This document shows, piece after piece, positions 20,238 through 31,442 of a DNA stretch of 64,000 bases (positions are counted from its first letter, which is position 1; each line of letters starts with the position of its first letter). Under the pieces are notes generated by a model. It was not told where the DNA came from. It did no database searches and saw nothing but the letters and a program-made list of their open reading frames with translations. Origin of the DNA: Desulfomicrobium sp. (GTDB lineage Bacteria; Desulfobacterota; Desulfovibrionia; Desulfovibrionales; Desulfomicrobiaceae). The stretch is taken from contig JAXGMI010000001.1 of the NCBI GenBank assembly GCA_040768745.1, positions 224,001-288,000 of the forward strand, given 5' to 3'. A program made the position numbers and the translations under genes.

Positions 20238-21130
20238 CAGACCTTGTCCTCCGTCTTGACGCCCAGAAGGCCGGTCGGCTTCACGAGCAGGATGCCGATG
20301 AGCAGGATGAAGGCGAAGGCATCGCGGTATCCCGCCAGGTCAGGAAAAAATGCCACGGTCATGATCTCGATGAATCCCAGGGCCAATCCACCGATGACCG
20401 CGCCCTGGATGGAGCCGATCCCCCCGAACACGGCCGCGATGAAGGCCTTGAACCCGGGGATGGCGCCCATGATGGGCTGCAGCTGCGGATACCGGAGGGC
20501 CCACATGATGCCGCTGGCCGCTGCCAGGGCCGAACCGATGCCAAAGGTCAGGGCGATGACCTTGTTCACCGAAACCCCCATCAGGTAGCTGGTCTCGATG
20601 TCCTTGCTGATGGCCCGCATGCCCAGACCCGCCTTGGTGTGGTAGACGATGTAGACCAGGCCGAGCATGAGCAGGAAGGACAGGACCGGCACGAACAGGG
20701 TCAGGGGCAGCACGCGCACGTCCCCCCACAGCATGGGGTTTTCCAGCCAGGCCGGACGGTAGACCTCCCGGGGGATGGCCTGAAAGAAGACGATGGCCAC
20801 GTTCTGCAGGAAAAACGAGACGCCGATGGCGCTGATCAGGGCCGAGATGCGCGGAGCGTCGCGCAGGGGGCGGTAAGCGATGCGGTCCACCAGCACGCCG
20901 ATGCCGGCCACCAGGATGATGGAGGCGACCATGGCCACGATCCAGGGCAGGTGGAAGAGGGTGATGCCCCAGAACACCAGGTAGGCCCCGAGCATGAATA
21001 TTTCGCTGTGCGCGAAATTGATCAGCCGCAGGATGCCGTAGACCATGGTGTAGCCGATGGCGATGAGGGCGTAGAGGCTGCCAAGGGTCAGGCTGTTCAG
21101 GAAATGCTGGATGAATGTAGCCAGGTTCAT
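20237..21130 (-). CDS. livH: Branched-chain amino acid ABC transporter permease
   Basis: GSLYALIAIGYTMVYGILRLINFAH. Confidence 0.93.
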   Translation of the reverse strand: MNLATFIQHFLNSLTLGSLYALIAIGYTMVYGILRLINFAHSEIFMLGAYLVFWGITLFHLPWIVAMVASIILVAGIGVLVDRIAYRPLRDAPRISALISAIGVSFFLQNVAIVFFQAIPREVYRPAWLENPMLWGDVRVLPLTLFVPVLSFLLMLGLVYIVYHTKAGLGMRAISKDIETSYLMGVSVNKVIALTFGIGSALAAASGIMWALRYPQLQPIMGAIPGFKAFIAAVFGGIGSIQGAVIGGLALGFIEIMTVAFFPDLAGYRDAFAFILLIGILLVKPTGLLGVKTEDKV

Positions 21131-21202
21131 GGAAGATCCTTGTCGGAAACGGGCGGCGGGAATACCCGCCGCCCGTGCGCCCGGGGCGCATGCTCTCAGG
21201 GA

Positions 21203-22342
21203 TTAGAGTTCAGGGACGATGCTGCCCACGTAGGTCTTCTTGCCGCCCTTGATCATGACCAGGCCGACGGGCTTTTCGGCGTCGTGGGTCTCGTTGATGG
21301 TCGTGGTGCCGGTCACGCCGACAAATCCCTTGGTTGCGGCCAGGGCGTCGCGGATGGCCTGGGGTTCGGCCTTGCCGGCGCGCTTGATGGCGTCCATGAT
21401 GATCATGTAGGCGTCATAGCCCAGGGCTGCATTGACGTTGGGATCCTTCTTGGGATTGGCCTTCTTCCACTCTTCCGTGAACTTCTTGGCCACGGGGTTC
21501 ATGTCGGGCATGGACGGATCGTAGGGGAAGGTGGTGTGCATGAAGCCTTCCACTGCGTTGCCGCCGATGGCGGTGATCTCCGGGTTGTCCATGGCGTCGC
21601 CGCCCATGATCTTGAAGGTGGCGCCCAGTTCCTTGGCCTGCTTCATGATGATGGCGCCTTCGGCGAAATAGGAGGGAATGAAGAGCACGTCGGGCTTCTT
21701 GCTCATGATTTCCTGCAGCTGGGCCGTGAAGTCCTGATCGCCTGACTGGTAGTTCAGGGTGGACACTATTTCGCCGCCCAGCTTGGCGAAGGACTTTTTG
21801 AAGAAGCTGGCCAGGCCCACGGAATAGTCGTTGGCCACGTCAATCAGCAGAGCGGCCTTTTTCAGTCCCAGGTCCTTGAACGCGTAGGTAGCGGCGCCGG
21901 CGCCCTGGAAGGGGTCGATGAAGCACACGCGGAAGATGTACTTCTTGCCCTGCGTCACCAGGGGGTTGGTGCAGCTGGTGCCGACCTGGGGGATGCCGGC
22001 CTTTTCGGACACTTCGCCCCCGGCCATGGCCAGGGACGAACCGTACGTGCCGATGATGGCCTGCGCTTTTTCCTTTTCGATCAGACGCTTGACCGCGTTT
22101 GCCGCCTCGACCTTGTCGGACTTGTTGTCAACGACAAAGAGTTCGACCTTCTTGCCCAGAATCTGGCCCATTTCCTTGTGGGCCATCTGTACGCCTTCCA
22201 GTTCCAGCTGGCCGCCAAAGGCATTCTGTCCGGTCAGGGGCAGAAACACGCCGATGCGGACGGTATCATCGGCGGCCACGGACATGCCGGCAAAGCCGCA
22301 GACCATGGCCATCACCATGCACAGGACAACAAGTCGTTTCAT
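21203..22342 (-). CDS. Branched-chain amino acid ABC transporter substrate-binding protein (LivK/LivJ family)
   Basis: Signal peptide; IGVFLPLTG; FRVCFIDPFQG; DFTAQL. Confidence 0.92.
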   Translation of the reverse strand: MKRLVVLCMVMAMVCGFAGMSVAADDTVRIGVFLPLTGQNAFGGQLELEGVQMAHKEMGQILGKKVELFVVDNKSDKVEAANAVKRLIEKEKAQAIIGTYGSSLAMAGGEVSEKAGIPQVGTSCTNPLVTQGKKYIFRVCFIDPFQGAGAATYAFKDLGLKKAALLIDVANDYSVGLASFFKKSFAKLGGEIVSTLNYQSGDQDFTAQLQEIMSKKPDVLFIPSYFAEGAIIMKQAKELGATFKIMGGDAMDNPEITAIGGNAVEGFMHTTFPYDPSMPDMNPVAKKFTEEWKKANPKKDPNVNAALGYDAYMIIMDAIKRAGKAEPQAIRDALAATKGFVGVTGTTTINETHDAEKPVGLVMIKGGKKTYVGSIVPEL

Positions 22343-22510
22343 CAAAAACTCCTCCTCAATGAACGTTGAATGCCGGAGACATGACTGGTCTCCGGTCGGT
22401 GCGCGAACCTGGGCCCATCCCGGGGCGCGCGACCATTGCCAAAAGCCGGAACATCCGGCCTTGTCCACTTCCGATCCGGCGCTGGTGCCCTGACGGGCGT
22501 ATCCTGCACC

Positions 22511-23278
22511 CTACCAGGAAACCACCGCGGAAATTTTTTTGGCCAGTTCCACCAGGGATCCCGCAAAACGCCCTTCGAACTCTTCCATGGAATAGCGGTC
22601 AGTGGAGGAATCGAAGCTTACCCCCCCCACCACTTTGCCCGTACGCAGGCTGAAAAGCGGAGCGCCTATGGCGATCAGCCCGGGGACGAACTCCTCCCGG
22701 TTCCTGGCATAGCCGCGCTCCACAGCCCCGCGCAGGTCGGCCAGGAGTTCCTGGCGGGACACGATGGTCTTGTCGGTTTTGGGCTTCAGTTCCAGCCGGT
22801 CCACGAGCCCATGCAGTCCGGTCGGGTCCATGAAGGCCATGGCCGCCTTGCCTGCGGCCAGGTAGTAGAGTTCCGAGCCGTAGCTGAAGGATCGAAAGGC
22901 CTTGGTATCCTGGGACTCGCGACGATAGATGAGATAGATGGAATCACCGGAGAGGATGCCCACGTCCACATGCAGGCCATGCCGTTCGTGTGCGGCATCG
23001 ACCTGGATCTTGACGGCCCGTTCCAGCTCGCTTTTTTCAAGAATGGAGTGGGCCAGGGCCAGCATGCGCACGCCCAGTCGGTACAGTCCGGTGCGGTCGT
23101 CGCGTTTCAAGAAACCCAGCTCGCAGAAGGTGTTGACGTAGCGATAGACAGACGTCTTGTTGATGCCGGTGCGGCGGGAAATCTGGGACAGGGTGCATCC
23201 GACATCGTCGTCGCCGAACATGTCCAGAATCCCGAGGCCCTTGGCCAGTGTTTCGGAACTGTTGTCCTTTCCTGCCAT
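22511..23278 (-). CDS. IclR family transcriptional regulator
   Basis: LSQISRRTGINKTSVYR HTH; AAGKA; RGYA..EE...G...IGAP. Confidence 0.92.
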   Translation of the reverse strand: MAGKDNSSETLAKGLGILDMFGDDDVGCTLSQISRRTGINKTSVYRYVNTFCELGFLKRDDRTGLYRLGVRMLALAHSILEKSELERAVKIQVDAAHERHGLHVDVGILSGDSIYLIYRRESQDTKAFRSFSYGSELYYLAAGKAAMAFMDPTGLHGLVDRLELKPKTDKTIVSRQELLADLRGAVERGYARNREEFVPGLIAIGAPLFSLRTGKVVGGVSFDSSTDRYSMEEFEGRFAGSLVELAKKISAVVSW

Positions 23279-23568
23279 GCCGCTTCCGCGTGAAGGTTGT
23301 GTCGCGGGCACCTTTTCTCACGATAGAGAATCGAGCGTTCCGCTGAGAGAACTCATGACATGTATCGGGAAACGGCTATTCCAAAAGAAAGGACATTGTC
23401 AATCAGCAGGCCGGCGGGAATTGAGTCTCTGTGCAGGGGGGCAGCCGCGATGGCGCAGGCGTGTCGTGTGGACCCGCACGCCCTGCTGCGGATCCGGACC
23501 AGACAGTCGCCTGCCGGCAAGACCCAACGCTGGGAATGAACAAAAAAATCATGCTGCACGGGCAGGGA

Positions 23569-24072
23569 TCAGGCCAGGGCGGCCAGCACGCGCTCGAAGC
23601 GTTGTTCATTGACCACGCTGCCCCATCGGGATCCCCGCTGTTCCGCAACGAGCCTGAAGCCGTGCTTTTCGTAGAGATGCCGGGCTGTCTCCAGCCCCTC
23701 GAAGGTCCACAGGTAGATCCTCGGGTATCCCCTGTCCTGGCAGAACCCCACGGCCCTCTCCAGAAGCTGGCCGCCTGTGCCTTTTCCGCGCTGGGCATCG
23801 GACATGATGAACCATCGCAGATGGGCGCCCCCGGTTTCGGCATGGATCCCGTCGATGGCGATGCATCCTTCGACGCGGCCATCCGCCGAAGCAGTCCAGA
23901 ACCCGTCCCGGCTCTCGTCGCAGCGCTTCAGAAACTCAGCCAGATCGGTCGCAACCTTGGCTTCGAAGAACAGGCCGAAACCCCAGTGCGCACCATAGTA
24001 GGCGCCATGAAGTTCAACCGCCCTGCCCAGGGATCCGGGGACATACCCTTTGTCTATGCGTATTCGTGACAC
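23569..24072 (-). CDS. GNAT N-acetyltransferase
   Basis: LRWF...QRGKGTG; LWTF..L..ARHLYEKHGF. Confidence 0.88.
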   Translation of the reverse strand: MSRIRIDKGYVPGSLGRAVELHGAYYGAHWGFGLFFEAKVATDLAEFLKRCDESRDGFWTASADGRVEGCIAIDGIHAETGGAHLRWFIMSDAQRGKGTGGQLLERAVGFCQDRGYPRIYLWTFEGLETARHLYEKHGFRLVAEQRGSRWGSVVNEQRFERVLAALA

Positions 24073-24107
24073 GGTGCTTCCACCTCCTGGTCCCTGGGCC
24101 GGACGAA

Positions 24108-24518
24108 TTAATACTCAAGCATGCGGGGCAGGGACTTGGCCTGCTCTATCCATTTGACCACTTCGGACTCGGTGGGAACCCGGCGGGTGAGCTTCTTTGC
24201 GGCGTTGGCCTCGGCCAGGGCCGTGGTCAGATTCGCGGCGTTTCTGCGGGCCAGGGCCGGTACGGTGTCGACGCCGGCTGCTTCGAGCAGCTCCGAGTAT
24301 TCCGAACCGACACCGCTGATGCGGTAGAGGTCAACCATGTTCGCGAATTTGAGTATCTGCGCCTTGGTGAGCCCGGATTTCTCCGCCAGCGCCTTCCTGT
24401 CCCTGGGCGTGCGGCAACTGGCCAGAAGCGCATCCGTGTCCTTGACGCCAGCCTCGCGGAGTTTTTTTCCGGTGGCGGGACCAATCCCTTCCACATCTTC
24501 TATCTTGTAGTTGGCCAT
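24108..24518 (-). CDS. DUF4332 (helix-hairpin-helix) protein
   Basis: IEDVEGIGP; DLYRISGVGSEYSELLEAAGVDTV; WIEQAK. Confidence 0.88.
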   Translation of the reverse strand: MANYKIEDVEGIGPATGKKLREAGVKDTDALLASCRTPRDRKALAEKSGLTKAQILKFANMVDLYRISGVGSEYSELLEAAGVDTVPALARRNAANLTTALAEANAAKKLTRRVPTESEVVKWIEQAKSLPRMLEY

Positions 24519-24568
24519 GGTGTTCCTCCTTGTTGTTTGTCCATCATGTCCGGACCTGTCGCCCTGGA

Positions 24569-25336
24569 TCACTCGTCCACGATCCAGATGTAGTCTCCCA
24601 CCCGGGAGCGTTCCGTCATGGGCGCATCCTCGAGCATGAAGCCGAAGGTCATGACCGCGATCTTCAGCTCCGGATGATTCTTGTGCAGCTGATACGGTAT
24701 GCCAAGATGGTGATCTGAGTGAAAACGGCCGCAACAGAAAAGAATCCGGCGGCCCAGGTACGGTTCGAGAGACGCCGCCATGACTGCGTCCTTGAGCACC
24801 TGGGCCTTGAAGAGCCCGTCCACGCTCTTGTTCATCATGGGCCCCGCAGGATGCATTCCGCCCACGATGTCCTTGAAACGTTCGTAATACTCCTCGGAAT
24901 CAACGTGGATGACCGGGGGCAGGAAGACACTGTCCTCGGCCAGGACCTCCGCCGAGATCTCGCCCGCCTTGGCCACGGCCGAGGCGGCCCGGCGCGGGAT
25001 GTTGGCAGCCACCACGGGTATGGACCGCGTTCTGGCGAATTCGACCAGCGGCCTGTACTGTTCGCTGTAGCCGGGCCAAGGCCGCGACGAATCCAGAAAC
25101 GTCTTTTCGGAAATGACGCCTGCCAGGTAATCGTCGAGGACGGGCTGCACATCGCGTTCGAACATTTCCAGGGCCAGAACGATTCCCGGGTCTTTGTCCC
25201 AGAGCCCCTTGAGCACTTCCAGTTCGGCTTCCTGACATTCCCTATGGTCATGGGACTCGCCGACAAAGGTGATGTCGTAGTCCGTGATCTGTGAGAAGAA
25301 AGGCTCCAGATCGAACATGAATCCCCTGTTGTTCAT
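24569..25336 (-). CDS. ChaN-family (haem-uptake, DUF399) protein
   Basis: VGESHD, LALEMFERD.Q, AQ..KD..MA, GRFHS. Confidence 0.85.
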   Translation of the reverse strand: MNNRGFMFDLEPFFSQITDYDITFVGESHDHRECQEAELEVLKGLWDKDPGIVLALEMFERDVQPVLDDYLAGVISEKTFLDSSRPWPGYSEQYRPLVEFARTRSIPVVAANIPRRAASAVAKAGEISAEVLAEDSVFLPPVIHVDSEEYYERFKDIVGGMHPAGPMMNKSVDGLFKAQVLKDAVMAASLEPYLGRRILFCCGRFHSDHHLGIPYQLHKNHPELKIAVMTFGFMLEDAPMTERSRVGDYIWIVDE

Positions 25337-25451
25337 GACAGAATACAACGCAACCTCCTGGTATCGATGAATGTTTGTATTCTTCCCGCATCCGGCGCGG
25401 TCATGGGCGGCGCATCCCGGGATGCGCCGCCCATGACCATCACGGTGCTTC

Positions 25452-26267
25452 CTACGCCGACTGCATCCCGACCATCTGTTCGATGCGGCGGGCCACCTCC
25501 GGGGGGAGACCCAGGTCGGCAGCGAGTCTGTCCATGTAGGCCTTCTCGGCCGCGGTATCGACCTCAATGGCCATGAGGGACGCCCCGTAGACCTGCGCCG
25601 CCAGTTCCGGCTGGCCCTGCGCCGCGGAAACCAGGCTCTCGGTTTCGGCCGGCTTCTGCATCTGCATGATCACGTAGCGCTGGGCCTCGGCATCGGCCCC
25701 GGCTTCCTGCAGCTTGCCCACGATGCGCTGGACCTCCCGTTCGTCGATCTGCCCGTCCGCCTTGGCCGCGTTGATCATCGCCCGCAGCACGAGTTCGGTC
25801 TGTTTCTCCAGTTCCTGCTTGTCAGCCTCTGTCCGGGGTTCCTGCAGGCCCAGGGGCACCTGCCCTGTGCCCTGCCCGCTGCCCTGCAGGGCCTTGTAGG
25901 CCATCATCCCCAGCAGGGCCATGACCCCGCCGCCCAGGGCGCCGCCCAGGGACTTGCCGCCGCCGCCCAGAAGCGATCCGGCCAGGGCTCCCAATCCCCC
26001 GATGGCCAGGTTCTGCTTGCCGCCCACGGCCTGTCCGGCCTGGTCCAGGACCTCTCCGAGCATACCCCCCAGGTCCTTGCCGCCGCTGCCCAGGACGCTG
26101 GTCAGGATGTCACCCAGACCCCCGCCCTGTTGTCCGCCGAGCAGGCCGCCCAGAGCTTCCAGAAGTCCACCCCCTCCACCGCCGCCCATGGCGTTCTGCA
26201 GGCGCTGATTGGTTGAAGGGGCCATACCCGACTGCACCATGGCTCCCAAAAGATCGCTGATATTCAT
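25452..26267 (-). CDS. DUF533 / TerB-like protein
   Basis: Gly-rich N-terminus; RAMINAAKADGQID; EKAYM..LA..LGL. Confidence 0.88.
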   Translation of the reverse strand: MNISDLLGAMVQSGMAPSTNQRLQNAMGGGGGGGLLEALGGLLGGQQGGGLGDILTSVLGSGGKDLGGMLGEVLDQAGQAVGGKQNLAIGGLGALAGSLLGGGGKSLGGALGGGVMALLGMMAYKALQGSGQGTGQVPLGLQEPRTEADKQELEKQTELVLRAMINAAKADGQIDEREVQRIVGKLQEAGADAEAQRYVIMQMQKPAETESLVSAAQGQPELAAQVYGASLMAIEVDTAAEKAYMDRLAADLGLPPEVARRIEQMVGMQSA

Positions 26268-26510
26268 GATGGTTGTTCTCCTCGTGTTATGATGTTCAGA
26301 AAATCGCGGTTCCATCTGTCCACCCCGGCGTGCCGTCGTGTCCAGACCTGGCCTGACCGCAAAACTTCAGCCACTGGAATGCACAAAACTCATTCCGGAC
26401 CGTACGCAGCCCTCTTTTCCTTGACGGCAGATCCGAAGATCCATCCCCTGCGCCCTCACTTTTATCACTCCAGGGAAACAAACAGAAAACATATGGTTTT
26501 GTGTTATATA

Positions 26511-29500
26511 CTCGACTTTCGGGGTTAGCCATTAGCAGCTAATAGCCTTTGTTCATTGAAAATATAATCGAAATTGCGCCCCAAACTACGCATTCCTTCT
26601 TGGAAAGCCTCAAGCAGTATGCGTTCTGCCTGGCTCTGATCTTCGCCAAGTTTCTTCAGATTTTCCAGGGTGATGCCTAGGATTTGGCACAGTGCCTTGG
26701 CGAGAGTGCAGTCCTCGGCCTCCTCGCAGCAACGATGGAACAGCAGGCCGAGGGTTCTTGGATCTTCCGTTCTGCGTTTCTCGATGCTGAGGAAGATGTA
26801 TCTGGTCATCACGATGGTCGTGTGGGCGATGAGGGCATCGAAGTCCCGGCTTTGGCAGCCTTTCTCCAGTTCCAGATGCTGCTTGGCCGTGCGGAAGAAT
26901 ACTTCGATGTCCCAACGCTTGCCGTAAATGCGGACCACGTCTTCATCGGCAATGGTGAGGTCAGTGGTAAGCAAGGCCAGCCAGTCTTTCTTGTGCTTGT
27001 TTCGCACGAAGACGAGTTTGGCCTTGAGGCCATCCTTTAACTCGACTTGGGCGTTGGCCAGGATCTTGGCTCTGCCTCTGCTTTTGCGGATCTGGCTGTA
27101 AATCTGCGTCACGTCCATCTTCTGTCCTTCGAAGATGTAGTGGACCTTGGCCGTGCGTTTGACCATGCAGATGACGGGGATGTGCTTGCACACATCGGAG
27201 ATCAGGGTGGGCATGGCGAACCAACTGTCCATGAGCAGGTACTTGGCCTTGATGCCGGCCTTCAGCGCACGCACAATCATGGGCTCAACCAGTTCTGTCG
27301 ATTTGGTCACAGCCTCCTGGCGCCGCCGTGCGCCGCATGATCTCTTATCAAGGTCTTTGGAAACTTCTTGGTATCGTTGCTTTTTGTCCGCAGAAGAGCG
27401 CAGCGCAAAGTCCAGAGGTAAAAGGGTTGATCCATCGGACCAGGCCAGCGTGAGCAACTTGAAGCCTTTGAGGAATCGCCCGGTCGTATGGTCGTGAACT
27501 TTTGCCAACAGTTCAACCCTGAATCCGTGAATAAGTATTGCCAACGTTGTTGGCTCGCAATTTCAACCATATTTTTCGAAAATCCAGGAGACTTTCGACC
27601 TGAAAATTTTCAACTGAAGGACAATTGTCGCTTCGCAAGCTCCGAGAGCCGACTTTTTGCAGTTTTCAGACGCACTACTCCTAGGAATGCAGCCTAATGA
27701 CCATCTCGTTACGCCGTCTTGAGACGACAGAACAGGTCAGAGACCACCTTGAACCATGGCTCCGGACAGGAGACATGCAGGATTACCTTGCGTGCATGGC
27801 GGGTGATCCGGGCGCAAATGCTCATCATGCTCCGCATGACCGTCTTGGTTCTTCGACGGTTGGCTTTTTTCAGCCCCAGCATCCGAGCCACAACCAAGTC
27901 CACGGAGGCTACCCGAAGCATGTTGTAGACCAGCATGCCCAAGCGCAGGAAGGCGGCATTCACGGCAAACTTGCCCGACGGCAGGCGTTCCATGTCCATC
28001 TCGGTCTTGAATTCCCCGTGATGCTGCTCGCTGGTGCCCCGCTTGCGATACAGTTTCAAAGCCTGGTCGGCATCAAATTCCAGGTTGGTCCACAAAACGC
28101 AGACGCGGACCTCTGGAATCATCATGAACACACCGTCCTTGCTCAACACTTCCGTGACCTCGAAAATCTGGCGGACCGCCCTTTTCTTCTTGCCGATCTC
28201 GCGCATCACGAAGCCCCGGTAGATCCGGCCTTTTTCTCGGGACGTTGCGAAATTCTCTACCTTCTGCGCATGCTCCTTGGCCGTGGCGAGCCAGCCGGTC
28301 ACCGGTTCCCTGCGCAGATTGTGCTTGATGATGAAGCCGGTGCGCGACTGAGTGCACAGAGTCTCCAGACGCTCCTTGCTGTCAAATCCGCTGTCGGCGA
28401 CCACGAGAACGTTCGCTTCCACCATGGACTTGGCGTACCCGAGGCTCTCCAGGATGAACTCATCCGTGCCCTCGCAACTGGAATGGCTCGACCCGGGGCG
28501 AAGCTTGCCGTTGACCATCCAGCCGCCACCAAGATGAGCAAAGATCGGAGCGAAGCCGAATCTCTTGTCGTACGTCGCGCTGGCACCTTCCTTCTCGGTG
28601 TCGGCGTTATCGAAAATGCTGACGTCGATATCAAGGCGCACCCAGTGCTCTTTCTTGTTGTCGTCCCTGGTCATTTCAATGAGCTCTGGCTGCATTCCGG
28701 TCTTCTTCCACAGTTCGACCGAGCAGCGGGGCAACTGGGCATCCAGGTCAGTTTCCAAGGCGATCCGCTGAAACCGTTGCCGCAAAATCTCGGCGGAAGG
28801 AACGCGTCCAAGGCCAAGGCTGGTCGCGAAGAAATCGTCGCCGTAGTACTCACGAACATGGTCGAAATCCGTTTTGCCTTGGCACATGAGGCCGGCCAAT
28901 GTGCGGAAAATTTCACGCTCCTTGATCTGCGGAGCTTTTCCAGGCCCAAGACGGTCGACCAGTGTATCCAGGCCGCAAACTCTGGCCATCTCGCCGATCA
29001 GAGCCAGGCCGACATGGCCAATGTTGTTTCCTTCGTTTCGCTTGATATCGGTGATGAGCATTGCAGACTCCTGTCGCACCCAATGGGTGCAAAAATTCTT
29101 TCAGGAAAAGCAAGCTCAATATGCCGGTATCATTGATTTATTTCAAGCAGGAAATGCTTCAAAACTGTATAATCAATGCAACTTTTTCACGGATTTAGGT
29201 TCAACCTTCTTCGATCTGGGACGCTCAATGGTGGAATCATCAAGAATAAGCACGGATTCGCGATCTTTGCTGGTCAACCCGTCTATGAATTCATGAACGC
29301 CAAAGGCCAGTTTGAGCAAGAATCTTCTCCAACCGAAATTGCTTGAGCGCATAAACTCATAGATGGCATCTTTTCCGACATCGCTTTTAGGATTGATGAC
29401 GATGCTTCGATAGATATTCTTTCCGATGAACGGAAGAACAAAGATGTTCAGAAGAATAGTCAAAGCAGAATATCCTCTTGCTTTCTTGATACTTGAATTT

Positions 29501-29743
29501 CGCGCAATGGTCGCAATTCCGAACTGACTGAAAAACGAATCGATTCTGCTCTCACACTCGTTTTTAATGAGTTGCAAATCGATGGCATTGTTTGTAGTTT
29601 GCATGCGGGGATTCCTTTTTTTGTGTTCTGTTGTGTGGTAACAAAAGAACTACTACAGAAGGAGGATCCCCTCAATCAAAATATTCAATTATTCTCGATA
29701 GATTTCTGTTTCGGCGACTTTACTAACAACCCCGAAAGTCGAG
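26511..29743 (-). mobile_element. IS4-like DDE element; transposase (29604-29200 + 27517-26525) interrupted by IS1380
   Basis: IR CTCGACTTTCGGGGTT; TSD TTATATA (26504-26510, 29744-29750); ILDDS, LMDSWF, YGKRWDIEVFFR..K. Confidence 0.88.
27518..29199 (-). mobile_element. IS1380-family element (transposase 27709-29079)
   Basis: IRs CCTGAATCCGTGAA / TTCACGGATTTAGG; TSD TTCAAC; LDID, LRPG..HS, DSGFD, YRKRGTSEQ..GEFK. Confidence 0.9.
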
Positions 29744-29880
29744 TTATATACTCTTCTACAGGAAAAATCCCGTCAAGCCAAGGAGGTGCGGCAGCGCCGA
29801 GGAGCGACCAACTTGCATGCCAGCATACCCCCGGCAAGCGCCACATTCAACCATTGCCGTGGCCATGCCCGATCCGTATC

Positions 29881-30042
29881 ATGGGTGCGCCCCGGTTTCA
29901 TGATTTCCGGCCATCCGGACCAGCGTACCCGCTGAGGACTCCCATGGCAGAAGACACCATCCCTCTCTCCGCCATCCCGGCCGGGACCTTCATGGCCCGG
30001 GTCGGCGGGAATCCCGTGACCGGCACCGCGAGGAGGACCTGA
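29881..30042 (+). pseudogene. Possible umuD (S24) remnant overlapping the umuC start
   Basis: AEDTI...[11 protein letters not shown] resembles UmuD 'AED...P..TF..RV.G'; stop overlaps the umuC ATG; only ~53 aa. Confidence 0.4.
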
Positions 30043-31331
30043 TGCACCCGAACCAGAGCCGGGAATTCTACGCCATGGTGGACTGCAACAACTTCTACGT
30101 ATCCTGCGAGCGCGTCTTCGACCCCGCGCTGGAAGGCAGACCCGTGGTCGTGCTGTCCAACAACGACGGCTGCGTCATCGCCAGATCCAACGAGGCCAAG
30201 GCCCTGGGCATCTCCATGGGCGAACCGGCCTTCAGGCGCCAGGAATTCTTCACCGGCAACCAGGTGCGGGTCTTTTCGTCCAACTACGCCCTGTACGGGG
30301 ACATGTCCGCCCGGGTCATGCGCATTCTGGAAGGGTTCTCGCCCGAAATGGAGCGGTATTCCATCGACGAAGCGTTTCTGCGCCTCCCCTCGGTCGGCGG
30401 GGACGACCTCCTGGATCTGGCCAGGGAGATCCGGCGCACCGTGGGCGCATGGACCGGCATCCCGGTCTGTGTGGGCCTGGCTCGGACCAAGACCCTGGCC
30501 AAGATCGCCAACAGACTGGCCAAGAAGACGCCCGAGAGCGGCGGGGTCTGGCTGCTGGACGATCCGGAGGGCATCGAAGCCCAGCTGGCCAGGATCGGGG
30601 TGGGGGATGTGTGGGGCATCGGCCGGCGGTATGCCCGGTTTCTGCAGGCCAAGGGCGTGGACACGGCCCTGAAACTGAAGCAGATGCCCCGGGACTGGGT
30701 GAGGAGGCACCTGACCATCGCCGGACTGCATACCGTGCTGGAACTGGAGCAAATCCCCTGCATCCCGTTCGGGGAAAATCCCGCCCCAGCCAGGAGCCTG
30801 GTCTGCTCCCGGTCCTTCGGGACGCGCGTGTCGGACCTGGACAGCCTGGAGGAGGCCCTGTCCTCCCACGTGCAGCGGGCGGCGGAAAAGCTCAGGGCCA
30901 GAAAACTTCTGGCCGGGGCCGTGCAGGTCTTCCTGGAGACCAACAGGTTCCAGCCCGGCCCGCAGTACAATGGCAGCGCCTGCCAGGCCCTGCAGGCCCC
31001 TACGGCCTATACCCCCGTCCTGCACGCCCTGGCCCTGCGCGTCCTGCGCGGCATCTACCGCCAGGGATACAGGTACCAGAAGGTGGGGGTCCTGCTCGCC
31101 GGCCTAGTCCAGGAGGGCAACCGGCACCTCTCCTTCATGGAACCGGTCGGGGAGAGGAAGGCGGCCCAGGAGGCGCTCATGGCGGTCCTGGACAAAGTCA
31201 ACGCCTCCTATGGGCGGGGGACCCTGACCCTGGGCGCATCGCGAACAGGGCCCAAGCCGTGGCACATGCGGCAGGAGCGGCGTTCACCCCGGTACACGAC
31301 GGCCTGGGCGGAACTGCCCGTGGTCAGATGA
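30042..31331 (+). CDS. umuC: Y-family DNA polymerase V subunit UmuC-like
   Basis: [37 protein letters not shown] (DUF4113). Confidence 0.92.
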   Translation: MHPNQSREFYAMVDCNNFYVSCERVFDPALEGRPVVVLSNNDGCVIARSNEAKALGISMGEPAFRRQEFFTGNQVRVFSSNYALYGDMSARVMRILEGFSPEMERYSIDEAFLRLPSVGGDDLLDLAREIRRTVGAWTGIPVCVGLARTKTLAKIANRLAKKTPESGGVWLLDDPEGIEAQLARIGVGDVWGIGRRYARFLQAKGVDTALKLKQMPRDWVRRHLTIAGLHTVLELEQIPCIPFGENPAPARSLVCSRSFGTRVSDLDSLEEALSSHVQRAAEKLRARKLLAGAVQVFLETNRFQPGPQYNGSACQALQAPTAYTPVLHALALRVLRGIYRQGYRYQKVGVLLAGLVQEGNRHLSFMEPVGERKAAQEALMAVLDKVNASYGRGTLTLGASRTGPKPWHMRQERRSPRYTTAWAELPVVR

Positions 31332-31442
31332 GAACTGCGCCGCACAAACCCCTGTCCGGAAACGCATCCCTGCAATCCCGCGGCAGCATGGAGGAACATG
31401 TTCGTTCCCATGCCCCCGCCAAACCTCTTGAGAAGGTTGAAC

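Noticed and set aside
23337..23352. GTTC-N8-GAAC palindrome upstream of iclR as an operator
   Set aside because: Too short to support without comparative data.
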